In this document: piece after piece, positions 1 to 8,835 of the stretch
Numbering within the stretch: position 1 is the stretch's first letter
Layout: the number at the start of each line of letters is the position of its first letter
Assembly: GCA_964351525.1 (NCBI GenBank)
Contig: CAYGOD010000002.1
Coordinates: forward strand, 422,327 to 486,326
Length of the DNA stretch: 64,000 nucleotides
From: an uncultured Bdellovibrionales bacterium
GTDB taxonomy: Bacteria; Pseudomonadota; Alphaproteobacteria; Micavibrionales; GCA-2720935
Direction: 5' to 3'
Notes under the pieces: model-generated
Told to the model about the DNA's origin: nothing
Databases searched by the model: none
The model's input: only the letters and a program-made list of their open reading frames with translations
Translations under genes and position numbers: made by a program

Positions 1-676
1 AGTTTTCACAGGCCTTAAGCAATGTTTTATAGGTTTTTTCGCCTTCTAATTTGCTGTGTGACATGTTCACAACGACTTGGATTGAGCGCGCTAAACCAGC
101 CGCGTGGCATAGTTTGATATAAGCATAGGCATCGGTTAATGATGTTGGCTCATCTGTGCTAACCAGTAATGTTGTTGCCGTGGCGGATGATAACATGCGG
201 ACTGTGCGATCAACGCCGGCACCCAAATCAATCAAGATGGCATCATATTGTTTTGATAGACCAAGTAATTGATCGCGCAACATGCTGAGGCGTTGACTTG
301 GCAGTGCTGATAATGACGCAGAACCAGAGCGTCCAGCAACAATATCAAATCCACCTTCTTCGTAATGATGGATGACACGCTCCATTGTTAAACGACCATG
401 AATAACATCGCTCAAGTCGCGTTTTGGCATTAAGCCTAATTGAACATCAACATTGGCCAGACCCAAATCACCATCAAAGAGCAAGACTTTCTTACCTTTT
501 TTAGCAAGGGCATGGGCCAAGCTAACAGAGAACCAAGTTTTTCCGACACCGCCCTTACCGCTGGCGATGGCAATCATATTTGCCGCGCGCTTTGGCGCAC
601 CATTGCCTGTTTTCGTCTTGGCAATTGTTTGCGGTGTCGTCTTGGTTGCGGCTGCTGTTGGTTTATTATCACTCAT
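1..676 (-). CDS. flhG: FlhG/FleN MinD-type ATPase (flagellar number/placement regulator). N-terminal part only; the 3' end lies beyond the window start
   Basis: My own reverse translation from the ATG at 676-674 gives MSDNKPTAAAATK...NMIAIASGKGGVGKTWFSVSLAHALAKKGKKVLLFDGDLGLANVDVQLGLMPK. It has the deviant Walker A SGKGGVGKT and starts 2 nt after the flhF stop. It is absent from the ORF track because it runs off the edge. Confidence 0.8.
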   Translation of the reverse strand, partial: MSDNKPTAAATKTTPQTIAKTKTGNGAPKRAANMIAIASGKGGVGKTWFSVSLAHALAKKGKKVLLFDGDLGLANVDVQLGLMPKRDLSDVIHGRLTMERVIHHYEEGGFDIVAGRSGSASLSALPSQRLSMLRDQLLGLSKQYDAILIDLGAGVDRTVRMLSSATATTLLVSTDEPTSLTDAYAYIKLCHAAGLARSIQVVVNMSHSKLEGEKTYKTLLKACEN

Positions 677-678
677 AA

Positions 679-1965
679 CTATTCTACCTTACGTGATTTG
701 TTCTTTTTGTCAAAGAGGTGAGGGATTAAAATTTTTGCTAATGCGTCTGAATTTATTGAAAATAAGCCATCAACGACTTGTTCTGTATTCGCGCCGTCAC
801 TTAAGGGAATTTTTGCCATATAAGCGGCACATAAAATCCCGCCATAGCGACGCGCAAAATCGAGGCGCGTTGGGATAAGACCTGAAATTTTTAACGTACC
901 AAAGGCGCGGGCAATATCGGCGTTTTCTTGTGGGTCACCGCCAGCGGGCATGACCAAATAAGGCGATAAGGACGTTGATTTTAGCGTGATTGCCAATTCT
1001 TTCATTGCATCCATGTCAAAAGGATTTGTGCCAGCACTATCGATAATAATTTGATCGGCATCCGCATGCATAGCGATGGCCTCTTTAAGAGTAGGCAGGT
1101 CTTCGGCTTCGATTAGAGGAATATCCAAAACATCGGTAAAGGCCTTTAATTGTTCTAATGCACCAGCCCGCTTTGTATCGGTAGAAATAACAACAACATT
1201 TAATTTATTCATGACGCCGCGCGCAGCAATTTTTGCGGCTGTCAATGTTTTGCCAGCCCCAGGCGCACCAATTAAAATGATCGGTTGATCAAAAGATTCG
1301 CGTGGTAAGGGTGCATAATTATAAACCCGGTCAAGCGCACCAGAAAGGGCAGCGATTGTTTCTTGTTCGTCACCATTGCTGGCGGCGGATATAATCATAT
1401 CAATGATATCGGCTGGGACATTGTGACGCAACAAACCCTCAGTGATGGGTTCAATAAATCCATATTCTTGTAAATCGCCCGCGTCATCTTCTGCCATTTC
1501 CCAATCAAAGAAATCAAAATCTTCGGTGAACTCTTCTTCATCATCTTTAATGGCAAACGCATTCTCAAAATATGCTTCTTCAGCGTCATCAATAATGTCT
1601 TCTTTGTCCGATGTTAAACTGCGATCTGGCCTGTCCAAATTAAGATCTGCATCATCAAACATGTCATTATTATCATGCTCATTATTGTAATCGCGGCTCT
1701 CTTTTAAGAAACTATCGAACCGTTCCTCTAATGTCACATGCAAGGCATCTACCGATTCTTCATCATCATAATCCCAGTGATCTTCGCCAAAATCGAGGGG
1801 TGCTTCTTGCTCTAATGTGATTTCTTCGATAGCAGCGGTGACACGGAATTTTTTATCGGCCTTATCTTCGCGCGTAGAAATTATGATCGCGTCTTCGCCC
1901 ATGGCCTCTTTTACAAGGGCCATAGCCTGCGTCATTGTATCTGCTTCGAATGATTTTAATCTCAT
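679..1965 (-). CDS. flhF: FlhF, SRP-like flagellar GTPase
   Basis: 428-aa ORF. The C-terminal NG domain has GAPGAGKTLTAAKIAA (G1) and IIDSAGTNPFD (G3). It lies between flhA and flhG. The N-terminal half is extremely acidic. Confidence 0.9.
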   Translation of the reverse strand: MRLKSFEADTMTQAMALVKEAMGEDAIIISTREDKADKKFRVTAAIEEITLEQEAPLDFGEDHWDYDDEESVDALHVTLEERFDSFLKESRDYNNEHDNNDMFDDADLNLDRPDRSLTSDKEDIIDDAEEAYFENAFAIKDDEEEFTEDFDFFDWEMAEDDAGDLQEYGFIEPITEGLLRHNVPADIIDMIISAASNGDEQETIAALSGALDRVYNYAPLPRESFDQPIILIGAPGAGKTLTAAKIAARGVMNKLNVVVISTDTKRAGALEQLKAFTDVLDIPLIEAEDLPTLKEAIAMHADADQIIIDSAGTNPFDMDAMKELAITLKSTSLSPYLVMPAGGDPQENADIARAFGTLKISGLIPTRLDFARRYGGILCAAYMAKIPLSDGANTEQVVDGLFSINSDALAKILIPHLFDKKNKSRKVE

Positions 1966-2007
1966 AAAATTAATCTAGTCTCTATATCTGTATTTTTCAA
2001 AATATTT

Positions 2008-4155
2008 TTATTCTATCTGGCCTAATGTTTTGATCTTGGCTTTGGGATGAATTTCACTTTGTGCCATAACTGTTGTTTGTGGTCTAAAGCGCTCAATAAT
2101 TGATCGTACATAAGGGCGAATATAAGGGCTTGTTAAAAGAACAGGGTTTTCGCCTTGCGCTGCTAGTTGCTCATATTTCGCACGTACTTTTTGAATAAAA
2201 TCTTGTAGTTGGGATGGGGGCATAGAAAGACTTTTTTCATCGCCCTCACCAATGAGTGAGCCTGCGAACGCCGCTTCCCATTCACCTGATAATGTGATCA
2301 TTGGGATCATACCAAGAATGTTAGAATATTGATCACATAGCTGACGGGCCATACGACTGCGTACATGTTCTGTAATCATATTCACATTACGTGTTGCTTG
2401 TGCGCCTTCGGCAACGGCCTCAATGATTGCGGGTAAATCACGAATTGAAATACGTTCTGCTAATAAATTTTGTAGCACGCGTTGTAATGATCCAATAGTG
2501 ATTTGTGATGGGACAAGATCAGAGATCATTTTCTGATGGGCATCACTTAATTCATCCAATAATTTTTGTGTTTCTGTATAGGATAATAAATCCGCCATGT
2601 TATCTTTTACGACCTCTGTTAGATGTGTCGTAATAACGGTTGCTGGATCAACAACGGTAAGGCCGTTAAATTGTGCTTCTTCGCGATTTGCTTCTTCAAT
2701 CCACATGGCTGGTAGGCCAAAGGTCGGCTCGGTTGTTTTCTCGCCAGGTAATGTGATGGCTTTGCCAGAAGGGTCCATGCAAAGCAACATAGTTGGGCGC
2801 ACTTCAGAGCGTCCAGATTCAATCTCTTTTACCTTAACGGAATAGGCATTGGCGGGCAGTTGTAAATTATCTTGAATGCGCACAGAGGGCAAAACAAAGC
2901 CCATTTCTTCGGCGAGCTGACGGCGTAAACCTTTAACTTGTTCGGTTAGCTTTCCGCCGCTCTCTTTATTAACAAGGGGTAGTAAACCATAGCCCAGTTC
3001 AAGACGAATAATATCCATTGCCAATGTTTTTGAAATAGGTTCGTCGGCGGGTTTGGGTGGTGCTTTTGCGGCGGCTTCTTGAGCAGTCGTTTCTGCTGCT
3101 TCTCTATCTTGTTTGCGACCGCTTAAGAAAGCCATACCAGCAAGTGCCGCAGCAAGTGTTAAGAAGGGTAGAACAGGAAGTCCTGGTAAAAGAGCAAGGG
3201 CAATCATTAAAACGGCACTTAAACTCATGGCACGCGGGTAGTGACTTAGCTGACCGAAAACAGCCTTATCTGCTGAACCTTTTACGCCAGCTTTCGTGAC
3301 CAAAAGACCTGCGGCGATTGATACGATCAGCGCAGGAATCTGTGAAACCAAGCCATCACCAATTGTCAGCATCGTGTATGTTTTTGCTGCTTCGCCTAGG
3401 CTTAAATCCATTTGCGCCGTACCGATAATGATACCACCAATAACATTGATGAATGTAATCATTATTCCCGCAATGGCATCACCGCGAACAAATTTCGCGG
3501 CACCATCCATAGCACCAAAAAATGTGCTTTCTTGTTCTAATTCTGAACGGCGTCTTTTTGCGCCTCCTTCGTCAATCAGGCCTGATGATAAATCAGCATC
3601 AATCGCCATCTGTTTACCAGGCATCGCATCCAAGCTAAAACGTGCGGCAACCTCTGCAATACGTGTCGCACCCTTGGTAATAACAACGAAGTTTACAATC
3701 ACTAAAATCGTAAAAACGATGATCCCGATGATATAATTATTCCCCGTTAAAAAGCCCCCGAAGGCTTGAATAACGTCCCCCGCGGCATCTGTCCCATTGT
3801 GGCCTTCGCCTAAAATTAGACGTGTGGAGGCAAGGTTTAATGCCAAGCGTATCATTGTTGCGATCAACAAAATTGTTGGAAAAGAAGTAAATTCAAGTGA
3901 GCGTTGAATAAATAGAACCGTCATTAGAATCATCACAGAAAACGCCATAGAAAAGGCGAGTGAGGCATCCAATAACCAGCTAGGCATTGGTAAAATAAGG
4001 ACAACCAAGATGGCAATCATACCAAGGGCTAGCGCAACGTCACCACGAAAAACATTAGCGAAACTTAATCCAAAATTTAAAGGCGCAGAGCTGCCACCAC
4101 CAGTATTATTGGCGGGCTTATTATTACTGGATGGTGTTGGTAAATTATCTGTCAT
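2008..4155 (-). CDS. flhA: FlhA, flagellar type III export gate protein
   Basis: 715 aa. It has a polytopic N-terminal domain, a linker and the typical FlhA cytoplasmic domain (…VPLVNKESGGKLTEQVKGLRRQLAEEMGFVLPSVRIQDN…). Confidence 0.97.
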   Translation of the reverse strand: MTDNLPTPSSNNKPANNTGGGSSAPLNFGLSFANVFRGDVALALGMIAILVVLILPMPSWLLDASLAFSMAFSVMILMTVLFIQRSLEFTSFPTILLIATMIRLALNLASTRLILGEGHNGTDAAGDVIQAFGGFLTGNNYIIGIIVFTILVIVNFVVITKGATRIAEVAARFSLDAMPGKQMAIDADLSSGLIDEGGAKRRRSELEQESTFFGAMDGAAKFVRGDAIAGIMITFINVIGGIIIGTAQMDLSLGEAAKTYTMLTIGDGLVSQIPALIVSIAAGLLVTKAGVKGSADKAVFGQLSHYPRAMSLSAVLMIALALLPGLPVLPFLTLAAALAGMAFLSGRKQDREAAETTAQEAAAKAPPKPADEPISKTLAMDIIRLELGYGLLPLVNKESGGKLTEQVKGLRRQLAEEMGFVLPSVRIQDNLQLPANAYSVKVKEIESGRSEVRPTMLLCMDPSGKAITLPGEKTTEPTFGLPAMWIEEANREEAQFNGLTVVDPATVITTHLTEVVKDNMADLLSYTETQKLLDELSDAHQKMISDLVPSQITIGSLQRVLQNLLAERISIRDLPAIIEAVAEGAQATRNVNMITEHVRSRMARQLCDQYSNILGMIPMITLSGEWEAAFAGSLIGEGDEKSLSMPPSQLQDFIQKVRAKYEQLAAQGENPVLLTSPYIRPYVRSIIERFRPQTTVMAQSEIHPKAKIKTLGQIE

Positions 4156-4190
4156 TAGATATTAAATGACCCGTTTATCCTTGTTAAAAG

Positions 4191-5756
4191 TTATTTAGCT
4201 TTTGATTGATGGGCTTCTGGAATTTCCAAACCATCATCATTATATTGGCGTAATTTATTGCGTAATGTGCGAATTGAAATGCCTAAAATATTGGCAGCAT
4301 GGGTGCGATTGCCCAAACAATGATCCAAGGTATCAATGATTAAATCACGTTCTACATGGGCAACCGTACGACCAACAAGGGCAGAGGTTGCTGTATCTGG
4401 CGCACTCTCATTTGGCGCGGTTTCGACTGTTGCCGGTGTCGATGTACCAGCCACTTCATCATCACCAAACGGCGTTAACGAATCTGCAGAATAAGGATTG
4501 CCAGCCGCAACTGGCACAGCTTGTGCTGCTTGCGGTGTTGGATTATCAAGACCAGAACTATTCCCCAAAACGCCGCTCGATGAGGGCGGGGAACCATAAG
4601 GATTAGCTGGTGAAATTTGTTGTGTAGGTGCTTGGGCAGGTGTCGCCGGTATCGGTGCTTGACCAGCAAGGATAATCGCCTCTGGTTCAATATGATCTTC
4701 TGTTGAAATTAACACGGCGCGGTGCATTGTGTTTTCAAGCTCGCGGATGTTACCACGCCACACATGATTAAAAATTTTGTGCATAGCCCCTTCGGAAACT
4801 TGCTTAACAGGCATATCATTTTGACCTGCATATTTTTGGACAAAAAATGTAGTTAGTTTGGCCAAATCCTGACGACGTTCACGCAAAGGCGGCAATAATA
4901 AATTCACGACATTAAGGCGGAAATATAAATCCTCCCGAAAATTCCCGGCCATTACTTCGCGTTGTAAATCACGGTTACTGGTTGCCAACAAACGAATATC
5001 AACCTTGACTGGCTTACCGCCACCAAGGCGATCAATTTCTTTTTCTTGAATAGCACGCAGTAATTTCGCTTGTAATAGAGGGTGCATCTCACTCACTTCA
5101 TCAAGTAAAAGCGTGCCACCATCGGCCTCTTCAAATTTACCAATACGCCGCGCAACAGCACCGGTAAAGGCGCCTTTTTCATGACCAAATAATTCAGATT
5201 CAAGTAAATTTTCCGGAATTGCCGCACAGTTTACAGAGATAAAACGACCATTGACGCGAGGGCTGTTCTCATGAATAAAGCGCGCCATGACTTCTTTACC
5301 TGTACCTGATTCACCGGTAATTAATACGGTGGCGGTACTAGGTGCAATTTGTTTTGCCATTTTCATGACAGGGATCATCGCGGGATCATCGGCAATCATG
5401 GAGCGATCTTCTTGCGTAACGGCGGCTAAAACCGCAGCAATAAGCTCAGCATCAGGCGGCAAGGGAACATATTCTTTTGCCCCTGATTTAATTGCACGAA
5501 TAACAGATTGTTTGTCATTGCCAATACCACAAGCAACCACAGGAATGGCAATACGTTCTAATTTCAACTGATCGATAAATTGCTTCACATCTTCTTTAAC
5601 ATCAATCATGACTAACTCAATGCCGTCACCATTACGCAGGGCAATTAAGCCCTGTTCAATTGTTGTGGAATGCATGACTTTGGCACCGCGTGATAGTGCG
5701 ATTTTACCAGCGTCTGAAATATGACCTTCTAGATGTCCAATAATAAGAAGTTTCAT
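4191..5756 (-). CDS. flbD: Sigma-54-dependent transcriptional activator, FlbD-like (degenerate receiver + AAA+ + Fis-type HTH)
   Basis: Walker A GESGTGKE, the GAFTGA loop (ESELFGHEKGAFTGA) and a C-terminal HTH (GNRTHAANILGISIRTLRNKL). The N-terminus MKLLIIGHLEG lacks the acidic pair of phospho-receivers. Its position downstream of fliF-fliG-fliH-fliN matches the Caulobacter fliF operon, and fliX is present in the window. Confidence 0.85.
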   Translation of the reverse strand: MKLLIIGHLEGHISDAGKIALSRGAKVMHSTTIEQGLIALRNGDGIELVMIDVKEDVKQFIDQLKLERIAIPVVACGIGNDKQSVIRAIKSGAKEYVPLPPDAELIAAVLAAVTQEDRSMIADDPAMIPVMKMAKQIAPSTATVLITGESGTGKEVMARFIHENSPRVNGRFISVNCAAIPENLLESELFGHEKGAFTGAVARRIGKFEEADGGTLLLDEVSEMHPLLQAKLLRAIQEKEIDRLGGGKPVKVDIRLLATSNRDLQREVMAGNFREDLYFRLNVVNLLLPPLRERRQDLAKLTTFFVQKYAGQNDMPVKQVSEGAMHKIFNHVWRGNIRELENTMHRAVLISTEDHIEPEAIILAGQAPIPATPAQAPTQQISPANPYGSPPSSSGVLGNSSGLDNPTPQAAQAVPVAAGNPYSADSLTPFGDDEVAGTSTPATVETAPNESAPDTATSALVGRTVAHVERDLIIDTLDHCLGNRTHAANILGISIRTLRNKLRQYNDDGLEIPEAHQSKAK

Positions 5757-5775
5757 TTTGGGTCTCTTATCCTTT

Positions 5776-6615
5776 TTATTTACCTTTAAAGAAGTTCAAA
5801 CGGTTTGTTGGCGCCACGCTGTTATTGAGAACAATTTCTAAACGACGCGGGTTTTCATGTTTTGCCATAGAGATCGCCGCCTGTAATATCAAACGTCTCT
5901 CTGAGTTTTCTTCCAATGAATTTTTTTCTAATTTTGACGCGATGGGCGACAAAATGACTGTCCCCAAGAATGCACCATAGAGTGTCGTTAAAAGGGCAAC
6001 AGCCATAGAGGGTCCAATGATTGATGGGTCATCTAATTGTGCCAACATTTGCACCAAACCGATCAATGTACCAATAAGCCCCATTGCTGGCGCGACCTCA
6101 GCTGCACGATAGAGCAGTTCCGCTGATTTTTCATGACGGTCTTTAACAGCCTCAATCTCGCCTAACATAATACGCTGAATATCTGGCGCGGTATAACCAT
6201 CACTGACATAACCAAGGGCACGTTTTAGGGTTGGATTGCGTCCAGCGTCTTTCTCAATAGACTGTAGAGATAAAACACCATGTTTTTTGGCAATGACGGC
6301 AATTTCCAAAAGGGTCTTTAATAATGTACGGCTGTTGAGTGGTTTTTTGGTTATCGCGCGCGCAACAATAGTTGGGGTGCTAAGGATGTCACTGATACTG
6401 AATGACATCATCGTCACGGCTATTGTACCACCAACAACAATAAGGAGAGACGGTACGTTCAAAAAAGAATTTAAATTTCCCCCCATATAAAGCGCCATGC
6501 CGATAAAGCCAATAGCGCCAATAAAGCCCAACACTGTTGCACTATCGGTTTTTGATTTTACCGCAGGGATAAAAATTCTAGGGACGTCCCCGCCTTTTTT
6601 GTCATTATCTGCCAT
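5776..6615 (-). CDS. motA: MotA/PomA-type flagellar stator channel protein
   Basis: 279 aa with 4 predicted TM segments and the MotA/TolQ/ExbB C-terminal core (…PAMGLIGTLIGLVQML…MAVALLTTLYGAFLGTVILSPIASKL…). No motB is adjacent. Confidence 0.85.
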   Translation of the reverse strand: MADNDKKGGDVPRIFIPAVKSKTDSATVLGFIGAIGFIGMALYMGGNLNSFLNVPSLLIVVGGTIAVTMMSFSISDILSTPTIVARAITKKPLNSRTLLKTLLEIAVIAKKHGVLSLQSIEKDAGRNPTLKRALGYVSDGYTAPDIQRIMLGEIEAVKDRHEKSAELLYRAAEVAPAMGLIGTLIGLVQMLAQLDDPSIIGPSMAVALLTTLYGAFLGTVILSPIASKLEKNSLEENSERRLILQAAISMAKHENPRRLEIVLNNSVAPTNRLNFFKGK

Positions 6616-6640
6616 TGTTTTTTTATGTCTCTTATAGCGG

Positions 6641-7009
6641 TTATGTGCGGTCAGATTTAATAATTTCTGTCATGGTAACACCAAGGCGGTCTTCGTTAAT
6701 AACGACCTCACCGCGGGCAACCAAACGATCATTCACGTAAATGTCAACGGCTTCTCCAACACGGCGATCCAATTCAACAACAGCACCACGACCTAACTTT
6801 AAGAGCTGGCTTACTTGCATTGTTGATTTACCGAGAACGGCAGAGATTTGCACAGGGATATCATAGATAGCCTCTACGTCTTTCTCTGTTGCACCGGGGG
6901 GGGCAAAATCAGATGCGCTTAGTGCGCCGCCTTCATTTTCATGTGGGTTTTCACCAATGGCTTCATCGGCACCAAAATCCATGTTTTCTAGTTCTGTGTC
7001 ATCAGTCAT
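6641..7009 (-). CDS. fliN: FliN, C-ring switch protein
   Basis: 122 aa. The C-terminal SpoA domain reads IPVQISAVLGKSTMQVSQLLKLGRGAVVELDRRVGEAVDIYVNDRLVARGEVV. It contains a C8 homopolymer on the coding strand (6896-6903). Confidence 0.9.
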   Translation of the reverse strand: MTDDTELENMDFGADEAIGENPHENEGGALSASDFAPPGATEKDVEAIYDIPVQISAVLGKSTMQVSQLLKLGRGAVVELDRRVGEAVDIYVNDRLVARGEVVINEDRLGVTMTEIIKSDRT

Positions 7010-7012
7010 TTT

Positions 7013-7798
7013 TTATTCTCCTGTGGTCGCGTTATTATTTATATCTCGTTTTTCTTCTAAGCTTTTCTCTTCTTGTATTTTCTCTGGGGCATTTATGAAT
7101 GCTGGGTCTGGTTCTTTCTCTGTGTTGCTCGTTTCATAGTCGGTTGGTGCATTTAAATAATCATCAATTGAATCGCCCTTTAAGAGAGATGTTATTTGTG
7201 TTTCAATTTCCGTCCATAAGTGCGGGATAATGCGTGTTACACCGCCAATCCCCCAGTCTAATTTACAGTCACCAGCGGCGATACGTTCGTCGGCCTTAAA
7301 TGTTGCGCGACCTTTGTAATCATTTTCTTCTATAAAGCCACTCAAGCGTGCCTCTAAATCATCTAAGATAGAAGGGTGCACAAAGATAATCAGTTCTTTA
7401 ACTGTGATATTATTGCGTAAGGCGCGTTCAATCAGGCGTGCAATTTCATCTGTGCCCTGCGTTTCTACAAAACGCGGCATCATTTTCTTAATAATCGCAA
7501 CGGCAACATTTATCGTTTCTTTTTCTTGAACGGCTTCTGCCGCTGACTGCATAGAGATTAAACGATCGAATTGTAGGGTGAGCTTTTCAAAACTGGTTGC
7601 AACACGCTCTTCTTGTGTTGTTAGGGCATCTCGCTGTCCTTGAGACAAACCATTATCATAAGCATCTTGCACGGCGCGGTCGTAATCATCTTGTCTGTAG
7701 GTGACTTCTTTGCTGGCTTCGGCAGCAAGGCGTGCTTGCTCCTCTAGCTTATCAAAGTCATTCTCTTCAACGACCATATATGGTTTTTGTTCTGTCAT
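7013..7798 (-). CDS. fliH: FliH-like flagellar export ATPase regulator
   Basis: 261 aa, lying between fliG and fliN. It has a coiled-coil N-terminal half and a FliH-like C-terminus (…IFVHPSILDDLEARL…AAGDCKLDWGIGGVTR). Confidence 0.7.
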   Translation of the reverse strand: MTEQKPYMVVEENDFDKLEEQARLAAEASKEVTYRQDDYDRAVQDAYDNGLSQGQRDALTTQEERVATSFEKLTLQFDRLISMQSAAEAVQEKETINVAVAIIKKMMPRFVETQGTDEIARLIERALRNNITVKELIIFVHPSILDDLEARLSGFIEENDYKGRATFKADERIAAGDCKLDWGIGGVTRIIPHLWTEIETQITSLLKGDSIDDYLNAPTDYETSNTEKEPDPAFINAPEKIQEEKSLEEKRDINNNATTGE

Positions 7799-8814
7799 TA
7801 GTAAACCAATTCATCATCAGAGTTACCGCGGGAAATAATGATTTCACCCTTCGCGGCAAGGTCTTTGGCTGTGTTCACCATCAATTGTTGTGATTCTTCT
7901 ACTTCCTTAAGACGAACAGGACCCATTGCGGTCATATCTTCACGCATAATTTTTGCGGCGCGCTCTGACATGTTACTAAAGAACATATCTTTCATATCAT
8001 CACCCGCACCCTTAAGGGCAAGGGAAAGCTTATCACGATCAACCGCACGAATAATCGATTGCACGCCTTGCGCATCCAAAACACTTAAGTCTTCAAAAGT
8101 GAACATCAGTTCACGAATACGCTCTGCAGATTCTGTGCTTTTTTCCTCTAAGGCGGTCATTAAGCGCTGTTCAACGGCGCGGTCAAAATTGTTAAAGATC
8201 TCAGCCATTTCTTCATGAGGATCTTGACGGCTTGTGCGCGCAAGGTTCGACATGAATTCTGTACGCAGGGTTTTTTCGACGTCTTCTAAAACTTCTTTTT
8301 GGACGACCTCCATGCGCAACATGCGCGTAATGACCTCCATTGAAAAGCTTTCAGGCAATAATGACAAGACGCGCGCGGCGTGATCCGTACCAATTTTTGA
8401 CAAAACAACGGCAACTGTCTGGGGATATTCTTTCTTTAAGAAGGTTGCTAAGACCTCTTCGTTCACATTGGTCAGTTTTTCCCACATTGTACGTCCAGCA
8501 GGCCCGCGGATTTCTTCCATGATTTGACCAACTTTGTCTTTCCCTAAAACTTTGGCTAAAAGACGTTCGGTTGTATCAAAAGACCCAACCAAAGAACTGG
8601 TTGACGACATTTGATCTGCAAAATCAACAAAAAGTTTCTCAATCACATTGGCACTAACAACGCCAAGCGTTGCCATTGTTTGTGACAATTCCATGATCTC
8701 TTCATCATCCATATGCTCGAATAATTTCGCTGCATTTTCTTCGCCAATAGACAGCAAGAAAATAGAGGCTTTTTCTTTTCCAGCAAGGGTTCTGTAATCT
8801 TCTCTTACGCGCAT
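7798..8814 (-). CDS. fliG: FliG, rotor/switch protein
   Basis: 338 aa with the typical FliG sequence (…[13 protein letters not shown]…, C-terminal torque-helix region …[24 protein letters not shown]…). Confidence 0.95.
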   Translation of the reverse strand: MRVREDYRTLAGKEKASIFLLSIGEENAAKLFEHMDDEEIMELSQTMATLGVVSANVIEKLFVDFADQMSSTSSLVGSFDTTERLLAKVLGKDKVGQIMEEIRGPAGRTMWEKLTNVNEEVLATFLKKEYPQTVAVVLSKIGTDHAARVLSLLPESFSMEVITRMLRMEVVQKEVLEDVEKTLRTEFMSNLARTSRQDPHEEMAEIFNNFDRAVEQRLMTALEEKSTESAERIRELMFTFEDLSVLDAQGVQSIIRAVDRDKLSLALKGAGDDMKDMFFSNMSERAAKIMREDMTAMGPVRLKEVEESQQLMVNTAKDLAAKGEIIISRGNSDDELVY

Positions 8815-8835
8815 GATCTGTTCACTATTATAGGA

